From contig CALRGN010000001.1 in assembly GCA_943357745.1 (NCBI GenBank), positions 1 through 57,531 on the forward strand: 57,531 nucleotides of DNA, written 5' to 3'. Source of the DNA: Candidatus Uhrbacteria bacterium. GTDB taxonomy: Bacteria > Patescibacteriota > Patescibacteriia > UBA9934. Position 1 is the stretch's first letter. Every line of letters begins with the position of its first letter. The position numbers and the translations under genes are program-made. The notes under the pieces are model-generated. The model did no database searches, was not told the DNA's origin, and saw nothing but the letters and a program-made list of their open reading frames with translations. This document shows positions 27,919-36,727 of this stretch, piece by piece.

Positions 27919-29270
27919 GCTAGATCCATACCCCTCACTAGCTGCCTAATAAACTCATCCAAGCCACCAACGATCATAAATATAAACAATCCGCCCGCCG
28001 CGATTCGCCAACCTCTTCCCACTACCGCTTCTCTAGCACTCCAAACCCCATTTTTCGCCGCCGCACCGTGCGCTAAGACCAGCAATAACCCAATCAAACC
28101 ACCAAAAATACCAGCGGTAACAACAATTACTGTGTGTATTGGGATAAGAGTTTGAGCCACCAAAAACGGCGGGAGCAAACTAAGCGCCATAGACTCCCAA
28201 AACCGCAATTTAAAATCCTTCATCAGAGACTCTTGCAAATTCATGGCATTCGCCACCGCCGCATTAATAATCACTAAGCCCACAAATCCTAAGGCGATTT
28301 TTGCAATTATTGGGGACCAAAGATAATTCACCCCCAAAATTGCTAGCTCCGGCGTTAAGGAACCAAACAATCTAATCATCGCAATAATAAAAAGAAAGTA
28401 AATCGCCGTCGTAATTCCATAGCCCAGCCAAACCGCCCGTTTGGCCACCGCGATCTTTCCCGATACCGCAACCAACAGTTCCGGCGCACTCGGCAAGCCA
28501 AAAAACGCAAATAACCACAAGGTAAATACCGGGGTTAAGGCGGAAAATGGAAGCAAGAACTGGGAAAATAACCTCCAAAAAACAGCTGTCAAACCTTCAA
28601 AACCAGACTGCCAACCTTCCCATGACAAAGCACCGGCAATTGGCTGTAATTCGGCGGGATCATGAATTAAACCCATAACCACAAGAACGATTAACAATAA
28701 CATCAGCAACGGCCACAAAATTCGTCTAAAATAATTTACTCCAGCCGAACCCAGCAAAAATAAACCAGTAATCACTAAAAAACCTAAGCTAATTCCCACC
28801 CTACTCGACATTGCATCCAAACCAACCGTTCCAATATCCATTACTCCCCCATTTATCACTCTAAAAAACATCGGGATCACTTGCAAATAAGCAACAATCG
28901 CTCCCCAAATAAAAATGAGCCAAGCCCCCACCCCCAAATACCCCGCCACTGGTCCTAAATGACCCTCAATTAAGCCAAAAAATCGTTTATCGCCCACTAT
29001 TCCGCCTGCCTGCCCCCGCTTACCGCCCGTTGAATTTCCGTCTCTATCGCCCCTGTCACTGCTGGTCAAATCAAGCCACATCAAAAGCGTATGAAGGCTG
29101 ATCAATCCGATTATCACCCCACTCCCAAGCCCCCACCACCAACCGCTCATCACCACCGCCGCCGGCAGTAACAACCAACCTACTCCCACTGCAATACTTA
29201 CCACTTCCCCCGCCCCACGCAATTCACTTTTATCAAAGTTAAACATACCCCCAAAGTATACACCGTTCAT
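27906..29270 (-). CDS. Amino-acid permease-like polytopic membrane protein (AAAP / Trp-Tyr permease-like)
   Basis: About 11 TM segments. The N-terminal SIAVGVGWLLLPAAVVMSGWWWGLGSGVIIGLIS resembles the Aa_trans signature. A charged Gly-rich insert (SSDRGDRDGNSTGGKRGQAGG) follows TM2. Confidence 0.4.
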   Translation of the reverse strand: MNGVYFGGMFNFDKSELRGAGEVVSIAVGVGWLLLPAAVVMSGWWWGLGSGVIIGLISLHTLLMWLDLTSSDRGDRDGNSTGGKRGQAGGIVGDKRFFGLIEGHLGPVAGYLGVGAWLIFIWGAIVAYLQVIPMFFRVINGGVMDIGTVGLDAMSSRVGISLGFLVITGLFLLGSAGVNYFRRILWPLLMLLLIVLVVMGLIHDPAELQPIAGALSWEGWQSGFEGLTAVFWRLFSQFLLPFSALTPVFTLWLFAFFGLPSAPELLVAVSGKIAVAKRAVWLGYGITTAIYFLFIIAMIRLFGSLTPELAILGVNYLWSPIIAKIALGFVGLVIINAAVANAMNLQESLMKDFKLRFWESMALSLLPPFLVAQTLIPIHTVIVVTAGIFGGLIGLLLVLAHGAAAKNGVWSAREAVVGRGWRIAAGGLFIFMIVGGLDEFIRQLVRGMDLAYFN

Positions 29271-29337
29271 CCCCTTCCCCTTCCCTCCGGAAGCGGTTAC
29301 TCTATCCTCATCCCCGCTTCCAAGTTCAGCCCCAAAA

Positions 29338-30858
29338 GTGTCTCAAAATCCCTTTACTTTTATGCCCAATGATTTCAAATTACCTCCCCATAATTTAGAA
29401 GCCGAGCGGTCAATTCTTGGAGCGATTCTTTTAGATACTGAAGCCTTGATTAAGATTGGTGATACTTTGCAACCAACCGATTTTTATAACCAAACCAATC
29501 GGATTCTTTTTGAAACCATGTTAGATCTCTTTGCTAAACACATGCCAATTGATGTTCTCACCTTGGGAAATAGATTAGAAGAAAAACATCTTATCAAACA
29601 AACTGGCGGCCGCTCGGGACTTATAGAAATTGCCAACTCCGTTACTACTGCCAGTAACATTACTCACTACGCCCAGATCATCAGCAAAAAAGCCGCTCTA
29701 AGACGCCTGATTCAAGCCGCCAGCACCATCACAGAACTGGGCTATGATGAAAATCAAGAACTAGATCTCACGCTAGATACCGCCGAACAAACTCTTTTCA
29801 ATGTTTCCACAAATTTTATTAAGCAGAGTTTTATTCCTTTAAAAAATATTCTCACTTCTGCTTTTGACAGAATTGATGAACTCCACAAACATCGCGGTAC
29901 TCTCCGTGGTCTCTCTTCCGGCTATACCGGCCTAGACAATCTCCTGGGCGGATTACAGCGCTCTGATTTAATCATTCTCGCCGCTCGACCCTCGGTTGGA
30001 AAAACCGCCTTAGCTCTGGATATCATTAGAAATGTCGCCATCCGTACCCGTCAACCAGTGGGGTTTTTCTCTCTAGAAATGTCTAAAGAGCAATTAGTAG
30101 ATCGAATGATTTGCGCTGAAGCCAATTTGGATCTCTGGAAATTAAGAACCGGTCGGCTGTCAGATACCGAGAACGATTACCCAAAAATAGGCGATGCCTT
30201 GGGTCGGCTTTCGGAAGCGCCCATCTTCATTGATGACTCCCCCATCGCTTCAATCATGACCATTCGCACTAAAGCGCGGCGCCTGCAGAGTGAACACGGC
30301 TTAAGTATGATTGTGGTTGATTATCTTCAGCTCATGGAAGCGCGTAATAGCTCAAATTCCGATAATCGCGTTCAAGAGGTGGCGGAAATTTCCCGTGGTT
30401 TAAAACAAATCGCTAGAGAATTAAATATCCCCGTGCTCGCTCTCGCCCAGTTGTCTAGAGCAGTTGAGCTCACCAAACCAGCCATCCCTCGGCTTTCTCA
30501 CTTAAGAGACTCTGGTTCTATTGAGCAAGATGCCGATGTGGTAATGTTTTTGTATCGTAAAGCGGCCGATAGAAATTATCAGCAGGAGGAGCTCACTCCA
30601 GAAGAGAAAACTCTGGCTGAAGTTCACATTGCTAAACACCGTAATGGTCCAACTGGTATGGTTAAACTGTTCTGGGATAGCACCCGCGCCTCATTCAAAA
30701 ATTTAGAAACAAGGAATGTTACTCAACCAATGAATTCCCCCGGATCCATTAACAACGCATCCACAGGCTCAAATCAAAAGCTAGCCCCCGGCCTGCCACC
30801 TAAAGGCTATGTGCCAACAAACCTCGTCGCTCTTCCCCAATCAAAGTCAATCAGCTAA
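29338..30858 (+). CDS. dnaB: Replicative DNA helicase DnaB
   Basis: PHNLEAERSILGAIL, GARPSVGKTA (Walker A), VVDYLQLM and IAKHRNGPTG motifs, with an extra low-complexity C-terminal tail of about 50 aa. The start may be the ATG at 29362. Confidence 0.9.
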   Translation: MSQNPFTFMPNDFKLPPHNLEAERSILGAILLDTEALIKIGDTLQPTDFYNQTNRILFETMLDLFAKHMPIDVLTLGNRLEEKHLIKQTGGRSGLIEIANSVTTASNITHYAQIISKKAALRRLIQAASTITELGYDENQELDLTLDTAEQTLFNVSTNFIKQSFIPLKNILTSAFDRIDELHKHRGTLRGLSSGYTGLDNLLGGLQRSDLIILAARPSVGKTALALDIIRNVAIRTRQPVGFFSLEMSKEQLVDRMICAEANLDLWKLRTGRLSDTENDYPKIGDALGRLSEAPIFIDDSPIASIMTIRTKARRLQSEHGLSMIVVDYLQLMEARNSSNSDNRVQEVAEISRGLKQIARELNIPVLALAQLSRAVELTKPAIPRLSHLRDSGSIEQDADVVMFLYRKAADRNYQQEELTPEEKTLAEVHIAKHRNGPTGMVKLFWDSTRASFKNLETRNVTQPMNSPGSINNASTGSNQKLAPGLPPKGYVPTNLVALPQSKSIS

Positions 30859-30888
30859 ACTGTCCCCAACTCTTTATTTTTTTATAAT

Positions 30889-31185
30889 ATGTTTCAAAAA
30901 CTAAAACAATTCAAAGAATTACGGGATCAAGGTAAACAAATGAAATCACTGATGGATGAGGTGATAATTGTTGGATCAGACAAAGCCAACTTAGTGATGA
31001 TTACCTTAAACGGTAGTCATGAAGTTCTGGGAGTAAAGGTGGCCCCAGATCAAGAACCGGCTGTTTTAGAACAAGCCATCAAACAAGCGCTCACCGATGC
31101 CAACTCAAAGTTGCAGAAAGAAATGGTCTCGCAAATGCAAAAAAACGGTGGCGCAATGGAATTTTTAAAAAAGCTCGGTACCTAA
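30889..31185 (+). CDS. ybaB: YbaB/EbfC family nucleoid-associated protein
   Basis: 98 aa in the conserved ybaB-recR arrangement. MFQKLKQFKELRDQGKQMK start and a coiled pattern. Confidence 0.75.
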   Translation: MFQKLKQFKELRDQGKQMKSLMDEVIIVGSDKANLVMITLNGSHEVLGVKVAPDQEPAVLEQAIKQALTDANSKLQKEMVSQMQKNGGAMEFLKKLGT

Positions 31186-31218
31186 TCATCCCCACTTCGG
31201 TACATAATCATCCCCACT
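31175..31218. repeat. Tandem 22-nt duplication (tcggtacctaatcatccccact / tcggtacataatcatccccact) spanning the ybaB stop codon
   Basis: Read directly from the sequence, 21/22 identity. Confidence 0.9.
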
Positions 31219-31247
31219 AACGATAACTCCCAATCGGTCCTAAACAC

Positions 31248-31847
31248 ATGAGAAAATTTCCGGAACCAATTCAAATCGCCACCGCCGCTCTAAACCGACT
31301 CCCTGGAGTGGGGCCCAAAACCGCCCTCCGTTATGTTTACGCCTTGGTAAAACGGCCCGCTAAAGAGTTAGAGACAATTGCCCAAGCTATTAAAGCGTTG
31401 GCCCACTTAAAAGTCTGCGAAAAATGTTTTACCTATTCCAATGATTCGATTTGTGAATATTGTAGTAACCCCGCTCGAGACAAACGCTTACTCTGCGTAG
31501 TCTCTGAACCCAGAGATATCGCCACCATAGAATCAACCGGTGAGTATAAAGGGCTTTATTTTGTTTTAGGTGGTGTTCTAAATCCAATTGATGGTCAAAC
31601 CGTAGAAATGTTAAGAATCAAAGAATTAGAAGCTCTCCTTGCTAAATCAGAAATTATTTCAGAAATTATCCTCGCCTTCTCTCCCAACATTCACGGGGAA
31701 ACTACGATTTTATTTCTCACTAAACTCCTTAACAACTTAAATAAAAAGACCAGTCGCTTAGCGACCGGTCTTCCCATGGGAGCAGAACTGGAATATGCCG
31801 ATGAAGTCACTCTCATGAACGCCATCAAAGGCCGAACTAAAATTTGA
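31248..31847 (+). CDS. recR: Recombination protein RecR
   Basis: LPGVGPKTALR helix-hairpin-helix, a C4 zinc finger (CEKCFTYSNDSICEYC) and a Toprim domain. Confidence 0.9.
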   Translation: MRKFPEPIQIATAALNRLPGVGPKTALRYVYALVKRPAKELETIAQAIKALAHLKVCEKCFTYSNDSICEYCSNPARDKRLLCVVSEPRDIATIESTGEYKGLYFVLGGVLNPIDGQTVEMLRIKELEALLAKSEIISEIILAFSPNIHGETTILFLTKLLNNLNKKTSRLATGLPMGAELEYADEVTLMNAIKGRTKI

Positions 31848-31890
31848 TAGCAACCCTAAAGTTTGACCGATGCAAAGTTTTACCAATACC

Positions 31891-31917
31891 AAAACGCCAC
31901 CCAATCGGTGGCGTTTA
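31891..31917. terminator. Bidirectional intrinsic terminator between convergent recR and rplU
   Basis: Perfect 10-bp stem aaacgccacc / ggtggcgttt with a 5-nt loop. An A-run lies on the left and a T-run on the right. Confidence 0.7.
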
Positions 31918-31930
31918 GTATTCAGTGCCA

Positions 31931-32242
31931 TTAGACAATCGCGGTAATTTCAATCGCGGTAAATGGTTGTCTATGACCAACATTCCGACGATATCTCACC
32001 TTAGGCTTAAATTTAATGACGGAAATTTTGTCGGCTCGGCCTTGCTCCACCACTTTAGCGGTTACCTTGGCACCAACCACTGTTGGCAAACCAAGTTTCA
32101 AAGCCGATCCATTCTCATCAGTAACAAGCAACGGCTCAAAACTAATCTCCTCCCCAACCGCTTGTTCTAATTTTTCCACCTTTAAAGTTTGACCAACTTT
32201 AACAAAATATTGTTTTCCACCGGTCTGAATCACTGCGTACAT
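31931..32242 (-). CDS. rplU: 50S ribosomal protein L21
   Basis: MYAVIQTGGKQYFV...FKPKVRYRRNVGHRQPFT is canonical L21. Confidence 0.95.
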   Translation of the reverse strand: MYAVIQTGGKQYFVKVGQTLKVEKLEQAVGEEISFEPLLVTDENGSALKLGLPTVVGAKVTAKVVEQGRADKISVIKFKPKVRYRRNVGHRQPFTAIEITAIV

Positions 32243-32368
32243 AGGTTATTTGACTGCTCGGGCGGGTCTAGGCTAGGCCTGACCACTTGAAATAAAGGGT
32301 CCGTCGACAAATAACAATTTGACGATCAGTCCAACTAGCCCTACGCAAGTCGTTAAAAATACCGGAAT

Positions 32369-32397
32369 AGTGTACCAGAACAATAAAAATAAAGCAA
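32369..32397 (-). promoter_or_regulatory. Candidate rplU promoter (TTGCTT - 17 nt - TACACT), giving a leader of about 120 nt
   Basis: Hexamers read on the minus strand immediately after the cassette B terminator hairpin. Confidence 0.4.
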
Positions 32398-32405
32398 ATT
32401 AAAAG

Positions 32406-32465
32406 CCCCAGGCATCAGCGGACGCCTGGGGAACTCTATCTCCAGGCATCAGCCGACGCCTGGGG
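32406..32465 (-). terminator. Two tandem copies of a hairpin (ccccaggc-atcagcggac-gcctgggg and ccaggc-atcagccgac-gcctgg). The distal copie is followed by a T-rich tract on the minus strand.
   Basis: Stems read directly from the sequence. On the minus strand hairpin 1 is followed by cttttaatttgctttattttt. Confidence 0.65.
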
Positions 32466-32479
32466 GAGAAGAATAGGAA

Positions 32480-33109
32480 CTAGTAGTCGGAGCGACGGTG
32501 GCTCGGTTTGGCGGCCGTTCCGGTCCCACCTTTCAATGCTTCCTCCTTATCCAAAGCCTCTTTGCGGAGGCGTTGATTTACCAGCGCCTGATTCCAGCGG
32601 GCATCCGAATTGGCTTTCTCGGTCTCTCTTGACCGCGCCGCCAATCGGCGCGCTAGACTTTCGGCTGCCCTCGCCCGAACTTCGGCCATTTGAGCCAAAC
32701 GGTCATCCTCCTTGCAACGAATCTGCCCCAGCCAGATCAACCGATCGTAGACTACCTGCGCCGCCGGACGGTCCGTAAGCTGGCGCCCGTACTCGTTAAT
32801 ATAGTCACCACGCAACTCCACCCGCTGGCCATTGAAAAGGAGGGTACCGTGATTGAAGTCGGACGACAGGTTCATCGCCTCTAGGATCGCCTCGACCCAA
32901 TTGAGCCAATATTGGACCGGTTTATTCCGTGTCAACAAGTCAGCGAGCAAGAGCAGGAGGGTTTCTTTAAGCTCCTCCTGTGCCTCAGTCGGCGGCGCAA
33001 AGCGCTGTACCCGTTCAATCATCATTTGAGTTGGACGGGTCACAGCTGTGACACTTCGGGGGGGATTGTGCGCGGGTGAACCGAACACGAGGGGGGTAAC
33101 AAGTCTCAT
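32480..33109 (-). CDS. Orphan hypothetical protein (209 aa), G+C-rich cassette B
   Basis: GAGGTG lies 7 nt upstream of the ATG. 38/60 G+C in line 32581-32640. Own promoter and terminator. The C-terminal third is Arg/Ala/Glu-rich and helical. No recognisable domain. Confidence 0.55.
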   Translation of the reverse strand: MRLVTPLVFGSPAHNPPRSVTAVTRPTQMMIERVQRFAPPTEAQEELKETLLLLLADLLTRNKPVQYWLNWVEAILEAMNLSSDFNHGTLLFNGQRVELRGDYINEYGRQLTDRPAAQVVYDRLIWLGQIRCKEDDRLAQMAEVRARAAESLARRLAARSRETEKANSDARWNQALVNQRLRKEALDKEEALKGGTGTAAKPSHRRSDY

Positions 33110-33155
33110 TGAAACACCTCAGTGAATTGCTCGGGCGGAATGCCAAAGCGGTCAA

Positions 33156-33183
33156 AGTATAGCAGAAATATGAAATATGGCAA
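33156..33183 (-). promoter_or_regulatory. Sigma-70-type promoter (TTGCCA - 16 nt - TATACT) for cassette B
   Basis: Hexamers read on the minus strand. It abuts the stop codon of the upstream DUF192 gene. Confidence 0.5.
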
Positions 33184-33189
33184 ATATTT

Positions 33190-33804
33190 CTACCATTCCA
33201 CTTCATCCCCCACTTCAAAACCCCACCTCGCCGCCACCCCAGTGCTGACTTCCAAAACAGCGTCAATCTCCCCCGGGGAGTCCAAAAACGGGCCATCATC
33301 ACTCATATTAGGCTCGATCCCCGTATCAATTCGCACAATTTTACCTTCCCCAATCCAAATAAAATCTAAAGCAAAGGTCATTTTTCGCATTGTAAAAGTT
33401 ACCGATCGGGCCGGATCATAAGTAAACAATAGACCCCGATCAATCCAGTCTTCTTCTTTTTCTTGAGAGAGTCCTTGATACTGCTCGGCCGGCGTATCGG
33501 CAATCGTAATCGCTAATCTGCTCTTCTCAACCATCTCGTCAAACACGCCCCCATCAATCGCGCTCATCCCAACCTCATAAAACCAACCCGATTCCCGGAC
33601 AGTCTGATCATATTTATTCTCAACTTGACTAGAAAGTTTGAGCGCCCACCAGACTAGCCCAATGCAAATAAAACTAATTCCCACCACTAGCACTATGGTA
33701 AGTTTAGTCAGTTTCCCTAATTTAGAAGGTTTAGAAAAATTATTTTGTTGGTCAACCATATTTTTAGCCAAAGCTACTTGGCGACAGACCCTATAACTGA
33801 TCAA
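33190..33804 (-). CDS. DUF192 (COG1430) family protein with an N-terminal membrane anchor
   Basis: ADTPAEQYQGLS...GLLFTY....FTMRKMTFALDFIWI..GKIV...AVLEVSTG...GDEV matches the DUF192 pattern. Confidence 0.6.
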   Translation of the reverse strand: MISYRVCRQVALAKNMVDQQNNFSKPSKLGKLTKLTIVLVVGISFICIGLVWWALKLSSQVENKYDQTVRESGWFYEVGMSAIDGGVFDEMVEKSRLAITIADTPAEQYQGLSQEKEEDWIDRGLLFTYDPARSVTFTMRKMTFALDFIWIGEGKIVRIDTGIEPNMSDDGPFLDSPGEIDAVLEVSTGVAARWGFEVGDEVEW

Positions 33805-34828
33805 GTTTTTTCCCGACCGATTTAATCGCTATCACTGCCGCCACCAAAAGAATCAACAAACCAGTCCACTTCAACCACGGCACGGTGAGCAAAGTAGTCG
33901 CTCCAAATACTCCCCCCACCACCACATACAAGATCGTAACTTGAATCGGTCGCCAACCACTATCCAATAGGCGGAGGTGCCAATGAGTGCGGTCACCAAT
34001 CCAGATTGGTTGCGACCGTTTAATTCTTTCAAAAATCACTATCACCAAGTCAACCGCCGGCAAACCCAACACCAAGGCTATGGTCAACAATTTACTACCG
34101 GCGATAATGGCCAGCGCCCCCAACCAATACCCCACCAAAGTACTCCCCCCTTCTCCCAGATACGCCTTGGCGGGCGGTTTATTCCAACCCAAAAATCCTA
34201 AGAGCACCGCAATTAAAATCAGCGCTAGTCCCGCCACCGTTGGTTGTAAAAAAACAGTGGAGGTGGTGAGCAAAATAATCGCCAGACTTCCGCTCACTCC
34301 CACTCCGCCCGTCAGTCCATCAACTCCATCAGTAAGTTTACTTAAATAGGTAATTGTTAATAACCAAATCCCAGCCGTAATAATTCCTAAAACTTCGCCA
34401 ACTTCCACTCCCCCTCCTAAGATTGGATTAGTAATTTTGCTAACTTCTAATCCCCCAATCAGCGCCAAGAGCACCGCCAACAAGGGGGCAACAACGGTTT
34501 TGCTCGCCGGCCAGCAATACCGATCATCCAAAAACCCACCGATTAGTAAGATCAAACCACCCACCGTTAAAGCAAAAATCTTTTGCGCCGTTATTGCATC
34601 AATTATCGTAGGATCGGTAATTCCAATAAACAGCAGTCCGGCAGATAACCCCATCCAAATTCCCACTCCCCCCACTAGCGGTGTAGGGGTGAAATTTGAT
34701 TTCCGACTAGGGTTTGGTTGATCCACCAACCCCAACCGTTTGGCGATCGGGATCAGCCCACCAATTACAATCGTCGCTACCCCTCCCGCAATCAAGGCTC
34801 CCAACCACCAACTGCTCGCGATTAGCAT
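33791..34828 (-). CDS. Glycosyltransferase family 4 polyprenyl-phosphate phospho-sugar transferase (MraY/WecA family)
   Basis: About 10 TM segments, FLDDRY, and a LTDGVDGLTGG (N.xDG.DGL-like) motif. I cannot tell MraY from WecA/TagO by eye. Confidence 0.65.
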   Translation of the reverse strand: MLIASSWWLGALIAGGVATIVIGGLIPIAKRLGLVDQPNPSRKSNFTPTPLVGGVGIWMGLSAGLLFIGITDPTIIDAITAQKIFALTVGGLILLIGGFLDDRYCWPASKTVVAPLLAVLLALIGGLEVSKITNPILGGGVEVGEVLGIITAGIWLLTITYLSKLTDGVDGLTGGVGVSGSLAIILLTTSTVFLQPTVAGLALILIAVLLGFLGWNKPPAKAYLGEGGSTLVGYWLGALAIIAGSKLLTIALVLGLPAVDLVIVIFERIKRSQPIWIGDRTHWHLRLLDSGWRPIQVTILYVVVGGVFGATTLLTVPWLKWTGLLILLVAAVIAIKSVGKKLDQL

Positions 34829-34851
34829 AAAACTTTGATGATTTCCGGCAA

Positions 34852-36021
34852 CTATTTGCTCTCAGCATGATTCCCTCCCGCCATAATCACTCCCCTAAGT
34901 TCACTCATCATCCGCAAATAAAACCCCAGATTAATTCCGCTAGCCAGTCTTAATCCCAACAGCTCCTCGGCTCTAAAAAGATGTCTCAAATAAGCACGAG
35001 AGTACTGCTGTCCCGGCAAATAATCCGACCACTGATCAAGCGGACTAGCATCTAAAATATAACACTCATTTGTAATGTTAACCTTATTGTATAACGCCTC
35101 CGCCACTGCTTCAGACGGTGCCTCCGTCTGTGCTAAGGCAAACGCCTTTTTTACCGCCTCTTTAGGGTCTTCCTTCCAAAGAAAAATCTGACCGTGCCTA
35201 GCGTTTCTTGTAGGCAAAACACAATCAAACATATCCACCCCTTGGCTCACATAATATAAAATCTCTTCCGGCATTCCCCCACCCATAAAATAGCGCGGTT
35301 GATCAACCGGCAAAAGCGCTGCAATCTTCTTCACTACGCGGTAGCAATCAGCCCGCTCTTCACCCACCGAGAGTCCACCAATCGCATAACCGTCAAAGCC
35401 AAGCAACTTCAATCCTTCCGCGGACCGTTCCCGCAAATCCAAAAAACTACCACCCTGCACAATCCCAAACAATAATCGGTGGGGATAATCACTATCGCGA
35501 GTAGTCAAACATCTCTCCGCCCAACGCAGAGAACGTTCCATCGCCAATTTTGAATCAGCATAATCCGCTCCCCCCGCTAACACCTGATCCAGTTGCATCA
35601 TGATGTCGGCACCAATAATCCCTTGAGCTTGAATAGAGGATTCTGGTGTAAGCAATAATTTAGAACCGTCTAAATGGGAGGAAAATTCTACCCCCTCTTC
35701 CCTTAATTTTGTAAGTTTAGATAAGCTATAAACTTGATAACCACCACTATCGGTCAGTAACGGCCCGCTCCAATTCATCAAATTCTTAATTCCCCCAAGT
35801 TTTTTCAACGCTTCAAGACCCGGTCTAAGAATCAAATGGTAGGTATTGCTCAAAATTATTTGTGCCCCTAAATCAGCCACCTCTTCAGCTAACATCCCCT
35901 TCACCGCTCCGGCAGTAGCAATTGGCATAAACACCGGAGTATTCACTCTTCCGGATATAGTGGTCAAAGCGCCCGCCCGCGCCGCGCCCTGTTGATTCAA
36001 AATCGCAAACTCGTTTGCCAT
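34852..36021 (-). CDS. tgt: tRNA-guanine transglycosylase (queuine tRNA-ribosyltransferase) homologue lacking the zinc-site ligands
   Basis: TDSGGYQV, GGLSVGE, MFDCVLPTRNARHG and YSRAYLRHL are conserved. The CxCxxC...H zinc motif is replaced by ECYILDASPLDQWSDYLPGQ...GIN. Confidence 0.8.
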   Translation of the reverse strand: MANEFAILNQQGAARAGALTTISGRVNTPVFMPIATAGAVKGMLAEEVADLGAQIILSNTYHLILRPGLEALKKLGGIKNLMNWSGPLLTDSGGYQVYSLSKLTKLREEGVEFSSHLDGSKLLLTPESSIQAQGIIGADIMMQLDQVLAGGADYADSKLAMERSLRWAERCLTTRDSDYPHRLLFGIVQGGSFLDLRERSAEGLKLLGFDGYAIGGLSVGEERADCYRVVKKIAALLPVDQPRYFMGGGMPEEILYYVSQGVDMFDCVLPTRNARHGQIFLWKEDPKEAVKKAFALAQTEAPSEAVAEALYNKVNITNECYILDASPLDQWSDYLPGQQYSRAYLRHLFRAEELLGLRLASGINLGFYLRMMSELRGVIMAGGNHAESK

Positions 36022-36046
36022 AAACAATTTTAGGCGCGAGCAATAC

Positions 36047-36721
36047 TCAAGTTCTTAAACTAAATAACACCAAACTAGCAGCCACCAATACATTCAAAGA
36101 TTCTACCGCTTGAGCATGCGGGATAAAAATTGATTCACCTTCAATTTCTAACCTGATTCCTTGCCCTTCATTTCCCACAATCACCAGTCTTGATTGTTTC
36201 TCAGGTATAGCAGTCAACTCACGCGCGCCGTTTCTCTTCTCCAACCGCCAAATCTCTCTACCAAACCCACTCAAAATCTCTTCTGCCCCCTCGCGATTAA
36301 GGGTGACCCAGGGAGTTTTGAAAATCCCCCCGGCACTAGCTCTAATAGTTTTAGGATTGCTAACTTCCGCGCATTCCACCAGTATCACCCCGGCACCAAA
36401 GGCCGCCGCCGATCGTAACAACCCGCCCACATTTCCCGGATCCTGAATCCCATCCAACACCAAAACGGTTCCCGTAGCATTTACCTCATCCATTGAAAAT
36501 TGCGGGATCCTGGCCACGGCCGCTAATCTTGGCAAACTTTCGGCGTGAATCACTTCTCTAAAATTTGGCGTATCCTTGGCGGAAAAAATAAATTCAATCC
36601 AGTCTTTACATTCTTTTACTAATTTCTCCCCCTCAATAATACAAAGACCTTTATCTTCACGCTCCGTTCTTTTCTGTAACGCTAATAATAATCTTGATTT
36701 ACTTTTTTCTAACATAATCAA
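36047..36721 (-). CDS. SpoU/TrmH-family RNA 2'-O-methyltransferase
   Basis: DGIQDPGNVGGLLRSAAAFG, IVGNEGQGI and ESLNVLVAASLVLF motifs of SPOUT methylases. Confidence 0.75.
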   Translation of the reverse strand: MIMLEKSKSRLLLALQKRTEREDKGLCIIEGEKLVKECKDWIEFIFSAKDTPNFREVIHAESLPRLAAVARIPQFSMDEVNATGTVLVLDGIQDPGNVGGLLRSAAAFGAGVILVECAEVSNPKTIRASAGGIFKTPWVTLNREGAEEILSGFGREIWRLEKRNGARELTAIPEKQSRLVIVGNEGQGIRLEIEGESIFIPHAQAVESLNVLVAASLVLFSLRT

Positions 36722-36727
36722 CCAGGG

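Noticed and set aside
32243-32368. The rplU 5' leader as a known L21-leader regulatory RNA
   Set aside because: A leader of about 120 nt is plausible. I cannot recall the Rfam L21-leader consensus well enough to match it, and I see no obvious anti-SD or terminator structure. It is left uncalled.
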